Source: Candidatus Omnitrophota bacterium (GTDB taxonomy: Bacteria > Omnitrophota > Gorgyraeia > Zapsychrales > Fredricksoniimonadaceae). From it: DNA of 64,000 nucleotides. Each line of letters starts with the position of its first letter. Position 1 is the first letter of the stretch. The notes beneath the pieces were generated by a model. That model searched no databases, was not told where the DNA came from, and saw nothing but the letters and a program-made list of their open reading frames with translations. Made by a program: the position numbers and the translations under genes. Of the stretch, positions 51,461 through 60,900 are shown in pieces. The stretch lies in assembly GCA_903908245.1 (NCBI GenBank), contig CAIVRE010000020.1, positions 2,758 through 66,757 of the forward strand, in the 5' to 3' direction.

Positions 51461-51489
51461 AATATATCGCGTCATACAGCGTTATACAA
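51461..51489 (-). promoter_or_regulatory. xis-int promoter with tandem 10-bp direct repeats
   Basis: TTGTAT-N17-TATATT; GCGTCATACA/GCGTTATACA at 51469-51488. Confidence 0.6.
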
Positions 51490-51499
51490 CCACTTTCTT

Positions 51500-51694
51500 T
51501 CACTTTTCCTTCTCCGCCGGAAAAGACATTTTGAACATCCCGGCAAGAGCCGCCATACCCGCGTGAAAAGACCTCCTGGCCTGCTCAATCTCAACAGCAG
51601 ACAGACCCCGGGCCTTCAGCTTTTCTTCCAAAGCCTCCCAGCCGCGCAAGGGCTTCTCAATTTCGTGTACTTCGGGTATTTTTGCCTTAATCAT
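51500..51694 (-). CDS. Small hypothetical protein
   Basis: 64-aa helical ORF between the cos-like site and xis. Confidence 0.5.
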   Translation of the reverse strand: MIKAKIPEVHEIEKPLRGWEALEEKLKARGLSAVEIEQARRSFHAGMAALAGMFKMSFPAEKEK

Positions 51695-51740
51695 ATTCAA
51701 AAATGGCTAAAACCTTCGCATTTTACGAACACGAAGTGAT

Positions 51741-51812
51741 GAAAAAAATTTCGTGTCACTGACGACCCGCGGTCGCGCCGACCCGCGCCCGCCGCCCCCC
51801 TGTAAGGACCCG
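51741..51812 (-). other. Lambda-like cos (cosQ-cosN) packaging-site candidate
   Basis: GGGTCCT, 21 nt, 12-nt core GGTCGGCGCGAC flanked by CGCG, then GGT...GAAATTTT. Confidence 0.55.
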
Positions 51813-51827
51813 GAAGCACCCCCGGCC

Positions 51828-52131
51828 CTCACTCTGTGAGGTATGTGAGGGTAAAATCCCTACCCTTTTTTACCTTCACCTTCCACGCCTGTGTTGACCA
51901 CATTCCCGCCCTTCTTTCTCTACTTTTATAGAGAAGAGAAATAGCCTCACACTGCTCACAGCCTGCCCTATCCCTTTGGAGCAGGACGACTTGCCCCTGT
52001 GAGTACGCCTGTGACCAGACGTGAGCATGAACTCCTTTGCTCACGCCTTTAATACGGCCGTTCGCTGAACATATCCGAATCCTCCTCACAAACAGCATCC
52101 TTTCTCACGTCCTGCTCACGCCCATGCTCAC
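51828..52131. repeat. Iteron-like cluster (12 CTCAC/GTGAG pentamers), putative replication origin
   Basis: Copies at 51828, 51836, 51845, 51946, 51955, 51999, 52021, 52040, 52085, 52104, 52115, 52127. Confidence 0.6.
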
Positions 52132-54430
52132 AGCCTCCAGGCATCATCTTTCGGATGATGAACAGACGCCTTCCTGTGCCGCCTTCGCGCTTGTCCTGCT
52201 TGATGACATCAACACCCACATTTCGCATGACCGGGGCAATTCGCAGTAATTCCGTGGAAAGCCATTTGGCTGTTTTTGGCAGTCCATGTTCTTCACTGTC
52301 CCGGGGCGTTATCTCATAAAGCAGTTCCGTTGCTGATCCTGCCCAGTGCCCGGCGTGCCTATCCATAAGTGTAAGAAGTTTCTTGGCGAGGGCGCTATCC
52401 TCGGCCGTTTCCTGCCACTTTCGGTCAACAGACTCCTGATACTTGCGGAAGAACTCTTCCCTGGAATACCCCAGCGCCTCGGCCAATGCCGCACCCCACT
52501 GGGCAAAGTCTGACATCCGGAACTTTTCATGACCGGTTACAGACGACACCATGCCCATGGCTCTGGATACTGCCGTAATAAACCCACCGAAAATACCTGG
52601 CAAAGCAGTTTTCCAATCCTCCTCCATTGCCCTCTCAGAGCGTGTGTTCCTGAGGACCGGAATATCAAAGATGATCGCCCGATCCAACAGGTCTGCCCGC
52701 CACATCGAAGATCCAATGCCATTAAGGACAAAACAGCGACGGTATGAACGGATGAATTCATCGTCATTGGTATAAAGACTGCGCTTCATATCGCCTTCAC
52801 CGGTCACACCCCGGCAAAGGAAATCGCTGAACCATTCGATGATCTTGGAGATATTGTCAAAAGTGCTGAGCCAATGCTTCTCGGCAGTCATCTGCGCCTG
52901 TTCAAGGTCTTTGGGTGTTGAGATGAGCATGACGCGTGACGGATCACACAGCGCCTTGATCTTTCGGGAATTGTTCGACTTACCCGAACCCTGCTCCCCG
53001 GTCTGACTGATGATGACATGAGGAAAATTGGGAATAAAGAATGACGCCACAGCCACCATGAAAAGGCAATGGTCTAAAGGACTGACATTGCAGAATCGAA
53101 GAAGATCCCGGGCATTCCCGCCAGCAACTGGAATGACCTGCTCGGCCTGATGCAGATATCTCCGGAAGACCGGAGGCAGTTGGACTACGTTCCATCCATT
53201 CGCTGTTATCTCAACGCCCCGATGGTCAGGCGTGGTGAGGTCGTAATATATCTTTCCATCCGCCCATCCGACCCGATTGAACAGCTCAACCTGCCGGGAT
53301 GCTCCACACCTGGCCTCTATCTGAACACGCGCCTGGGTTAAAGCCTCGGTCTTGGGAGGAAGTCCGTAACGGTTACGGAACCGGATCGCCTTCCAGTTGC
53401 GGAACCTCATGCTTGATGTGGGGCAAACCTCAACATGCTCATCCACCGGCAGGACCACGAACGAACCGGCATGTTGATCCCGGAAAAAGTCTTTAATGTT
53501 CTCTTCGCAGTCCCGGGTGATGATCTCCCCCTGGCTCAGCTTACCCTTACCGGCTGGCCCCGGCGCCCTACCTTCACCATATGCCTCCTGACATCCACTA
53601 ATGGCCTTATCAATGACCGCTTGGCCATAGGTGCGCCCATCCGAGAAATGCTTCTCATCCCATTTAGGACGCATTAGACCCGATGCGCGGAACATCTCAT
53701 CCATAAGCGCCGCGTCCTTGCCTGTCCAGAAAGCCAGTTTCGCGCAAAAGGCCAGGTCAGCCTCAGACTGCGACGGATAATCGCCCTGCCAGTTCCCAGC
53801 CTTCAGCTTGGCAAAAGCTCCAGAATCTTTGCTCTTCTCGATCTTCTCAAGAATATCCTGACGGTGCTTGATCAGCGACTCTTTACGCTCACACTCATCG
53901 TAAAACGCAAGCACCTGTGACGCGCGATCTTCAATAGTTACCGCGTAACCCGGGACCAGGTCGCCGGTGACGGTCCAAAATCTTGTTTTTTGGTAGATCT
54001 CGATATCAAGCGTGCTGAATTTCCGCCCTTTTTCAAGAACGCCTTTGCAAAGAATATGAAGCCCGGTCTTTGATGGTGAAAATTCCGTGTAGCTGTTAAA
54101 GGCCTCGATGATCCTCCTGGCCCACGGCTGAATAACGCCATCAATGACCGAATGATCCAGATCTATCCCTACATAAGGCGGTTCTAGTCCGATCCCAACG
54201 GCATCGATCCCAGGCTTCCCGGCTCTCTTCATTGCCTCATCGAAAGAAGCCCACGTCCCCAGCTTATTGGACATGGCCTTGCCGCCGGTCCTAACATTGA
54301 CAGGCTCTTTCTTTGGTTTCTTGCCTTCCTGGGGAATGAACTTAAAGCCTATCCAGTTCGGCAGGTCTTTCAATTCCTGTGGAATGTTCTCAACGATCCA
54401 TCTCTTCTCTGTTCTTCTCTCGGTAACCAT
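52049..54430 (-). CDS. NrS-1-like primase-polymerase fused to a P-loop helicase/ATPase
   Basis: ELKDLPNWIGF, GIDLD, YTEFSPSKTGLH, IEIYQKTRFWTVTG, SQSEADLAFCAKLAFW, RPKWD, GEQGSGKS. Confidence 0.85.
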   Translation of the reverse strand: MVTERRTEKRWIVENIPQELKDLPNWIGFKFIPQEGKKPKKEPVNVRTGGKAMSNKLGTWASFDEAMKRAGKPGIDAVGIGLEPPYVGIDLDHSVIDGVIQPWARRIIEAFNSYTEFSPSKTGLHILCKGVLEKGRKFSTLDIEIYQKTRFWTVTGDLVPGYAVTIEDRASQVLAFYDECERKESLIKHRQDILEKIEKSKDSGAFAKLKAGNWQGDYPSQSEADLAFCAKLAFWTGKDAALMDEMFRASGLMRPKWDEKHFSDGRTYGQAVIDKAISGCQEAYGEGRAPGPAGKGKLSQGEIITRDCEENIKDFFRDQHAGSFVVLPVDEHVEVCPTSSMRFRNWKAIRFRNRYGLPPKTEALTQARVQIEARCGASRQVELFNRVGWADGKIYYDLTTPDHRGVEITANGWNVVQLPPVFRRYLHQAEQVIPVAGGNARDLLRFCNVSPLDHCLFMVAVASFFIPNFPHVIISQTGEQGSGKSNNSRKIKALCDPSRVMLISTPKDLEQAQMTAEKHWLSTFDNISKIIEWFSDFLCRGVTGEGDMKRSLYTNDDEFIRSYRRCFVLNGIGSSMWRADLLDRAIIFDIPVLRNTRSERAMEEDWKTALPGIFGGFITAVSRAMGMVSSVTGHEKFRMSDFAQWGAALAEALGYSREEFFRKYQESVDRKWQETAEDSALAKKLLTLMDRHAGHWAGSATELLYEITPRDSEEHGLPKTAKWLSTELLRIAPVMRNVGVDVIKQDKREGGTGRRLFIIRKMMPGGCEHGREQDVRKDAVCEEDSDMFSERPY

Positions 54431-54432
54431 TT

Positions 54433-54663
54433 TTATACTCCGTTCTGAAAAATGAAATCCTTGACCTTTCGATAGCACTGGAAGAGCCGCTCTTCCTGGG
54501 AATTGTTAAAAAATCGTTCAGCGAGGATTCGAACTTCCCGGGTATCCTCAAAAAGAACCCTCTTCTGCCGGCCAACACCAGCCATACCCTTAATGACGCA
54601 TCCCTTGGACACCAGATACGCCGCCAGATAAATGTTGCCTGCTTCAAAATGTTGATCTTCCAT
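54433..54663 (-). CDS. Small DUF5659-like protein
   Basis: FEAGNIYLAAYLVSKG..RVLF; 76 aa, coupled to the primase. Confidence 0.65.
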   Translation of the reverse strand: MEDQHFEAGNIYLAAYLVSKGCVIKGMAGVGRQKRVLFEDTREVRILAERFFNNSQEERLFQCYRKVKDFIFQNGV

Positions 54664-54696
54664 ATTTGCCCTTTCTCTTGCCTGAACAGGTCTTCT

Positions 54697-55470
54697 ACCC
54701 TCTCCGTTAGACCTATACAGAGAAAATCTTCAAACTGCCGAAAATATTTTCAAAAATCTTTCAAACACCGTCTATCTCTAGGGCGTACATACAGGAAATT
54801 CTTTGAAAGTGTCGGGATGATCGTAAAAATATTTTGTCTGCCCCCCTAAGGCGTATATAGCGCTAATTTCATAAAAGTGTTACAGGTCATCTTGAGAATT
54901 TTTACTTCTAATGCGTACATACCGCGAAATTCACGAAAGTGTCGGAGGGTTCATCACTTTTCTGACCTATACTCGTACATACCGCCTTTTCCCCGAGAAT
55001 GTCGCGCGAAATCCTAACTTTTCATGCCCCTCTTAGGGATATATCCGAAAAACCTCAAAACTGTGCCCAATTACCTCAAGAATTTTTCCACTCACTAAGA
55101 CATATGCGGAAAAACCCAAAAGTGTTGCATGATTGCTGAAAATAACCTGCTCAAGGGTCTTCATCTTGGATATAGCCCGAGAAAGCCAAAAATGTGTTAG
55201 GGCAATTCAATAATCCCTCACCATTGATATACCGGCAAATTTGACAAACTGTTACACACGAGCAAAGCCTTTTTTGCCTCTCAATGCGTATATATGCGAA
55301 GAATGGCAAAAGTGTATCCATGAATCTGCCGATATTCGCGCAACCCCTAAGGCGGATATATGCGAAACAATGCAAAAACTTGTACGCCATATCAGAAATC
55401 TCTACGGAAAAGCGCGCGAAGCCCCTTACTGCTGATATACCGGAAAATATGAGGAATTGTCGGAGGGTAA
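54697..55470 (-). repeat. Non-coding tandem array of 12 degenerate ~63-bp units with promoter-like geometry
   Basis: Plus-strand YATA at 54714, 54788, 54856, 54918, 54978, 55040, 55101, 55171, 55228, 55291, 55357, 55436; followed after exactly 18 nt by TG(T) in 11 of 12 units. Confidence 0.85.
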
Positions 55471-55480
55471 TCGAGGAAAC

Positions 55481-55520
55481 AAAAAAAGCCTGCCTCCGCA
55501 ATTAAGCGAAAGCAGACTTA
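55481..55520 (-). terminator. Intrinsic terminator separating the two-component operon from the array
   Basis: AAGTCTGCTTTCGC-TTAATT-GCGGAGGCAGGCTT followed by a T run on the minus strand. Confidence 0.75.
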
Positions 55521-55578
55521 ACAAAAGCACCCAATAATTTATTATGAACGCTTAGAGCAAGCCAACCCTAACCACTCT

Positions 55579-55965
55579 TCACTTTTTACTATCTGACTTC
55601 ACATTCGCCTTAATGCAGGCGAGCAAATCCTCCAAACTCACCGGCTTGGCCAGACAGGGATAGTCATTAACCTTCGTTTTATGGCCGTCGCCTGCTTTAC
55701 GCTTGGCCACAAGGGCTGTTATATACACAATCGGAATGTCCTGGCAAATGGGGCAATCTTTCAACTCGTGTGCGACCTGGCATCCATCCATATCAGGCAT
55801 CATAACATCGAGCAAAATCAGATCAGGACGAAATTCCTTAACAATATCGCAAACACGACTTCCTTTATTCTCGACCCTGACATTATAAAGAGTTTTCAGA
55901 TTCGCCTTCACTCCCCGCGTGAAAGCCTCTTCATCATCAACAACCAGTATTCTTTTCCTGTTCAT
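55579..55965 (-). CDS. Single-domain response regulator (CheY-like)
   Basis: ILVVDDE, LLDVMMPDMDG, YITA, AKP. Confidence 0.9.
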   Translation of the reverse strand: MNRKRILVVDDEEAFTRGVKANLKTLYNVRVENKGSRVCDIVKEFRPDLILLDVMMPDMDGCQVAHELKDCPICQDIPIVYITALVAKRKAGDGHKTKVNDYPCLAKPVSLEDLLACIKANVKSDSKK

Positions 55966-55978
55966 ACCCGCCCTCCAG

Positions 55979-57691
55979 TTATATCTTAAACCACAACGTT
56001 GCACGAACGCCCCGCCCGTTTGTCTTATTCTCCAACGCGATCCTGCCCTCATGCATCTCCATAATATTTCTTACAATCGATAATCCCAGCCCCGTACCAC
56101 CTACAGCGCGTTTCGTCGTTACGAAAGGAACAAACAAATCCTTAAGAATGCTCTCCGGCATTCCTGAACCATTGTCTTCGATCTGAACCATCACCATTTG
56201 CCGCTTGTCACTTGAGCCTGCCCGAAAAGTCCTGATCTGAAGATCCCCTCCGGATGGCATAGCCTGAATGGCATTCATAAAAAGATTTACAAAAACCTGT
56301 TCAATCTTGTTCCTGTCAATGCTCACTTCAGGAATGTCTTTTCCAAAATTCCTTATCACACGAACATTGCTTTTTTCGCGAGAATGCTTCACCAACGACA
56401 AAGATCTGTCAATCAGCACATGAACATCCTGTGTTTTAATTTCAAGCTCTGAGCTGGCTGAGAAATCCAAAAGCCCCTTGATGATCGTATCCGCACGATT
56501 AATCGCGTTCTCAGCATCCGCCAAACTGGCACTTACGTCCTCATCCTGGGATTTAACATTATTCTTGAGGTAATCCACGCTCATTTGGATCACAGCCAGC
56601 GGATTCTTTACCTCGTGAGCCACCCCGGCAGCTAATTTGCCAATAACCTCCAGTTTCGCCGACTGGATAAGCAATGACTGTGTCGCCCTTAATTCTGCGT
56701 TCTTTCTTTTTTGATCCCGATAAAAGATAAGCGCCGACAAGAACAGTGCGCCGAGAACAAGTCCAGCGAAGCTGATATTGTTTCTGGTGTTCCTTCTGAC
56801 CGGACCAGCGATCGTATTATAATCTATTGCGCTGACCAAAGACCATGTATTCCCTCCAAATGACACCGGCGAGAAAGCCACAATGACTTCCGCTGTCTTA
56901 TATGAATCATCCAAAGAAAACAACTGACATAATCCAGAACCGTCCTCTCCTCTGTGGATCCTCGCCATCAGCGCTTTAAATCGGATTTCCTCAAGAGATA
57001 AGTGCTTGTCCTGAAGGATCGTTAATAAACTCTGACCGAGATAATGATTATCGGGATAACTCAAAAGACGATCTTTCTGATCGAGAAGAAAGAAATGTCG
57101 GCCACCTTTTTCATTGCGACTCACAACGGCCTGCAAGTCTTCCAGGCTAATAACAGCACGCAACAGACCAACAAACTTGTCCTTACTGAATACCGGCTGA
57201 TCAAAAATCAGAACAGGCGTGCCCGAGGCCGTATTGACTATCCCGCTGGCATACACTCGATGATCCGCCGATTCCTTTTGAATATCATTCTCTGAAAAAG
57301 AAGCCTTTCCGACACTACTCCTGGGAGGAACTTCATAAATAATCCTGCCCTTATCATCAACCATGCTTAAAGAAGTCGCCAAGGATTTAACATCTTTATA
57401 GGAATCATCCAAGAAAGGAAACCCGGCTTCTTTTTCCCTGCCGTAACCATAAGAGAAGGCATCCTGGACGACCTTATCCTCGGAAAGAATTTCTAGTTCC
57501 TGCGTCAAATCAGAAATGCGTCGATTTAGCGATCGAGATTCTGAAGATACCGTTTCCAAAAGCTGCCGACGAGCGTTATCAACAATCGTTCTTTCAAAAT
57601 TATTGTGGTCTTGCCAAACAAAATAGCCGACAACGATCACCACAATGATCATGCCCGTGTATGGCAGTATTTTCTTTAGAAAAGTATCCAT
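55979..57691 (-). CDS. Sensor histidine kinase with Cache-like periplasmic domain
   Basis: Two TMs; AHEVKNPL, NLFMNAIQAM, DNGSG, FVTTK, GTGLGL. Confidence 0.92.
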   Translation of the reverse strand: MDTFLKKILPYTGMIIVVIVVGYFVWQDHNNFERTIVDNARRQLLETVSSESRSLNRRISDLTQELEILSEDKVVQDAFSYGYGREKEAGFPFLDDSYKDVKSLATSLSMVDDKGRIIYEVPPRSSVGKASFSENDIQKESADHRVYASGIVNTASGTPVLIFDQPVFSKDKFVGLLRAVISLEDLQAVVSRNEKGGRHFFLLDQKDRLLSYPDNHYLGQSLLTILQDKHLSLEEIRFKALMARIHRGEDGSGLCQLFSLDDSYKTAEVIVAFSPVSFGGNTWSLVSAIDYNTIAGPVRRNTRNNISFAGLVLGALFLSALIFYRDQKRKNAELRATQSLLIQSAKLEVIGKLAAGVAHEVKNPLAVIQMSVDYLKNNVKSQDEDVSASLADAENAINRADTIIKGLLDFSASSELEIKTQDVHVLIDRSLSLVKHSREKSNVRVIRNFGKDIPEVSIDRNKIEQVFVNLFMNAIQAMPSGGDLQIRTFRAGSSDKRQMVMVQIEDNGSGMPESILKDLFVPFVTTKRAVGGTGLGLSIVRNIMEMHEGRIALENKTNGRGVRATLWFKI

Positions 57692-57801
57692 TGCTTGCCT
57701 TGAAAAGCACTCTCTGTGATTAGACAATCAAACGCTATCAGGAGTTCCCTAATAAAATCGAAAATCCCATCGAAAAAAATCGCATTCGAATCAACTCTTT
57801 A

Positions 57802-57984
57802 CTACTTAATTCCCAGCCTTTGCAATATCCACATCATAGGACACCAATTGGTAAACGCTGACTGAAACAGGTTCAGCCCAATAAAGGCCGTGAACCAGAG
57901 CCACAACGGACTAACATAATGCGCCAACAACAAACTGATCAATAAAAAGACCCCTGCTATACCTCTTAATGTTCTTTCCATCAT
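57802..57984 (-). CDS. DUF2892/YgaP-like small membrane protein
   Basis: ERTLRGIAG, FIGLNLFQSAFTNWCPM. Confidence 0.85.
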   Translation of the reverse strand: MMERTLRGIAGVFLLISLLLAHYVSPLWLWFTAFIGLNLFQSAFTNWCPMMWILQRLGIK

Positions 57985-60900
57985 TTCGCCCTCCTTGGAT
58001 TGACGCGCAACCGACCTAATGCTGCCAGCATAGACTGCACGCTTGATTTCATCCGGGACAAAAACGACCCGGATGTTTTTGGTAAACCTGAATGACCATT
58101 TTTCGGCCTCATAACCATGTAATAAACGACCGGTATAGCGGTGCGTGCCAAGAGCGTTGAGGCGATCTCCCCGGCCATCAAGGACAATGCGAGCCCCTGA
58201 AAGATCGGATCGAACAGGATAACCGAAGCACCAACGACAACCGCCGCCGCTGTCAAAAGCATAGGGCGGAATCTCTTGGCCCCGGCATCAATGACAGCCT
58301 CTTCCAACGGCATCCCTTCCCTGACGCGCAGTTCGATAAAATCCACAAGGATGATCGAGTTGCGCACAACGATCCCTGCCCCCGCGATCATGCCGATCAT
58401 AGACGTAGCTGTAAAGAACATCCCCGTCATCCAGTGCGCTGGTAAGATACCGACCAGCGTCAGAGGAATAGGTAGCATGATGATGAACGGCGTCTTGAAC
58501 GACTGGAACCATCCCACAACAAGCGTAAAGATCAGGATCAGTACAATCGCGAAAGCAATCCCGAGATCACGGAATACTTCAAATGTAATCTGCCATTCTC
58601 CGTCCCATTTGATCGACCAGCGGTCATTGGTTTCCGGCTGGTTCGTGAACAAGAGATCCGGCTTCTTTTGCGCTTCAAGTTTCGGCTCCGGAAGTGACAA
58701 CTTTTCAAGTCCGCCGTTCAGATCCATCATGGCATACACGGGGCTATCAAACCGGCCCTGAACATCTCCGATCACATATGACACCCGTTCAAGATTCTTG
58801 TGATAGATCGTATAGTCCTTAAATGTCTTCTCGACAGTGACGAGATCTTTGATCGGTATCCGGTTGCCGAACCTGGATAAGACAGTCATGTCTAAAGTCG
58901 CGTCTAAAGTTTCACGCTTTTCTTTCGGCAACCTCATAACGATCTCCAGAGGTTCATTCTCACCAGAAAGATGCGCGAGATCAGTCTTGCTCCCCTGGAT
59001 CGTGCCGGAAATAATCGCTGCCACAGAATCCACCGGAACCCCGTTCAAAGAACATTTCTGTTTGTCGATTTTTAAACTATCCAGCTTCTCCTGACGCCCG
59101 ACATAACTGTCAACGTCCGTAACGCCAGAGTTGCTATTAAAAAGAGCCTCGACATCACCGGCAAGCTTGCGCTGACCTTCTAATGTCGGACCGTATACCT
59201 CCAACACCAGCGTCGAGAGCACCGGTGGGCCCGGCGGGACTTCCGCGACCTGAACATGTCCGTTGTATTTTGAAACGATCTCATGCACCTTGGAACGAAC
59301 AGAAGTCGCGATCGCATGACTCTGGCGCTTACGCTCATCCTTCCCAACTAAATTAACCTGAAGATCGGCCTGCCATGGTTTGGAGCGCAGAAAATAATAA
59401 CGGACCAGTCCATTAAAATTGTACGGCGCACTCGTCCCAACATAAGCCGTGATATTCTTCACTTCCGGCGTTGCGCTGATATAGGTCGCCAGTTCATTGA
59501 TAGCCGCCTTGGTCTGATCCAAAGACGCGCCTTCCGGCATGTCCAACACCACCTGGAACTCATTCTTGTTATCAAACGGCAGCATCTTAACCTTGACCAG
59601 TTTAAGCGGAACAAGCATGATCGCAGCGGCCAGCATCACCAAAAGCACGATGATAAACCCTTTACGAACCTTCGAACTATAGATCAACGGCTTCATGTAC
59701 GAACGATAGATCCTCGTCAAAAGATCGTCTTGTTCCCCATGCTCACCATGATCCTTGAGCTTTCCCTGCCGTTGTGCATGCCCAAGTATCCTGTAGGCAG
59801 CCCACGGTGTAGCGACAAACGCCACCATCATAGAAAAGACCATGGCCATGCTGGCCCCAATCGGAATCGGACGCATGTACGGCCCCATCAGGCCGCTGAC
59901 AAACGCCATGGGCAAGATTGCCGCAATTACTGTGAGCGTGGCGAGGATAAGCGGACTTTGAACTTCCTTGAAAGCCTCAATCGTTACATCCAATAGATCG
60001 CGCCCCTTGTTCTTCGCCATGCGAAGATGCCGGACGATATTCTCAACTCCAACTATAGGATCATCGACCAGAATACCGATAGAGAATATAAGCGCAAAAA
60101 GCGTGATCCGGTTCAGCGTGAAGCCAAGAAAATAGAACCCCGCCAACGTCAAAGACAGCGTCATTGGGATCGCGATAGCCACAACCCCTGATTCACGCCA
60201 ACCCAGCGCAAACGCCATCAGGAGAGTCACGGCAACAACCGCGATCAGCATGTGAAAAAGAAGCTCGTTGGACTTCTCATCCGCCGTTGCACCATAATTA
60301 CGAGTGACGGTATAGGTAACATCACCGGGGATCACCTCTCCCTGTAAGCCTTCGACCCTTTTCAATATCTTTTCACACAGCCGTGAAGCGTTGGAACCTT
60401 TCCTTTTCGAGACCGAAAGCGTCACTGCATCGAACGGCCCTTTAGCACTGGACTTGTCCGCCGCACCAAAACGGATATCAACCGCGTTTTCCTCTTCATC
60501 AGGACCGTCGACAATCCTGGCAATGTCCTTCAAATAAACCTGTCCACCCTGGCTGACGCTGATCACAAGGTTCTCTAGATCTTCTTTAGACCGGAAGAAC
60601 CCGTCAGCTTCAACATTCACAAGCTCCGGGCTGCTTTCCAGATGCCCTGCCGATGTCTTCACATTGGCTTGCTGGATCAAACGGCTTATTTCAAGAGGGT
60701 TCAGGAACCGCTCGTTCAATTTCGCTTCATCAAGATACACATGAAACTGTCTCTTGCGACCGCCTGTGATGCCGGTTTCAGATACATCCGGGATCGCGCT
60801 AATACTATTCTGAACATCAGACACAACCTTTCGCAGGCGCACCTGATCGGCTTTCTCGCCATGGAACGTCAATGTCATCACTGGGACATCATCGATCGAC

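Noticed and set aside
51829-52098. 89-aa ORF downstream of the primase
   Set aside because: It overlaps the iteron cluster and the primase end and has no SD or motif; the region is more likely the origin
54697-55470. CRISPR array interpretation of the ~63-bp periodic region
   Set aside because: Units are highly degenerate with no identical 25-40 bp repeat, and there are no cas genes in the window
55151-55505. ORFs 55151-55501(-), 55241-55435(+), 55284-55505(+)
   Set aside because: They overlap the repeat array, whose unit lengths are not consistently multiples of 3. No SD or domain is evident, so they are likely shadow ORFs
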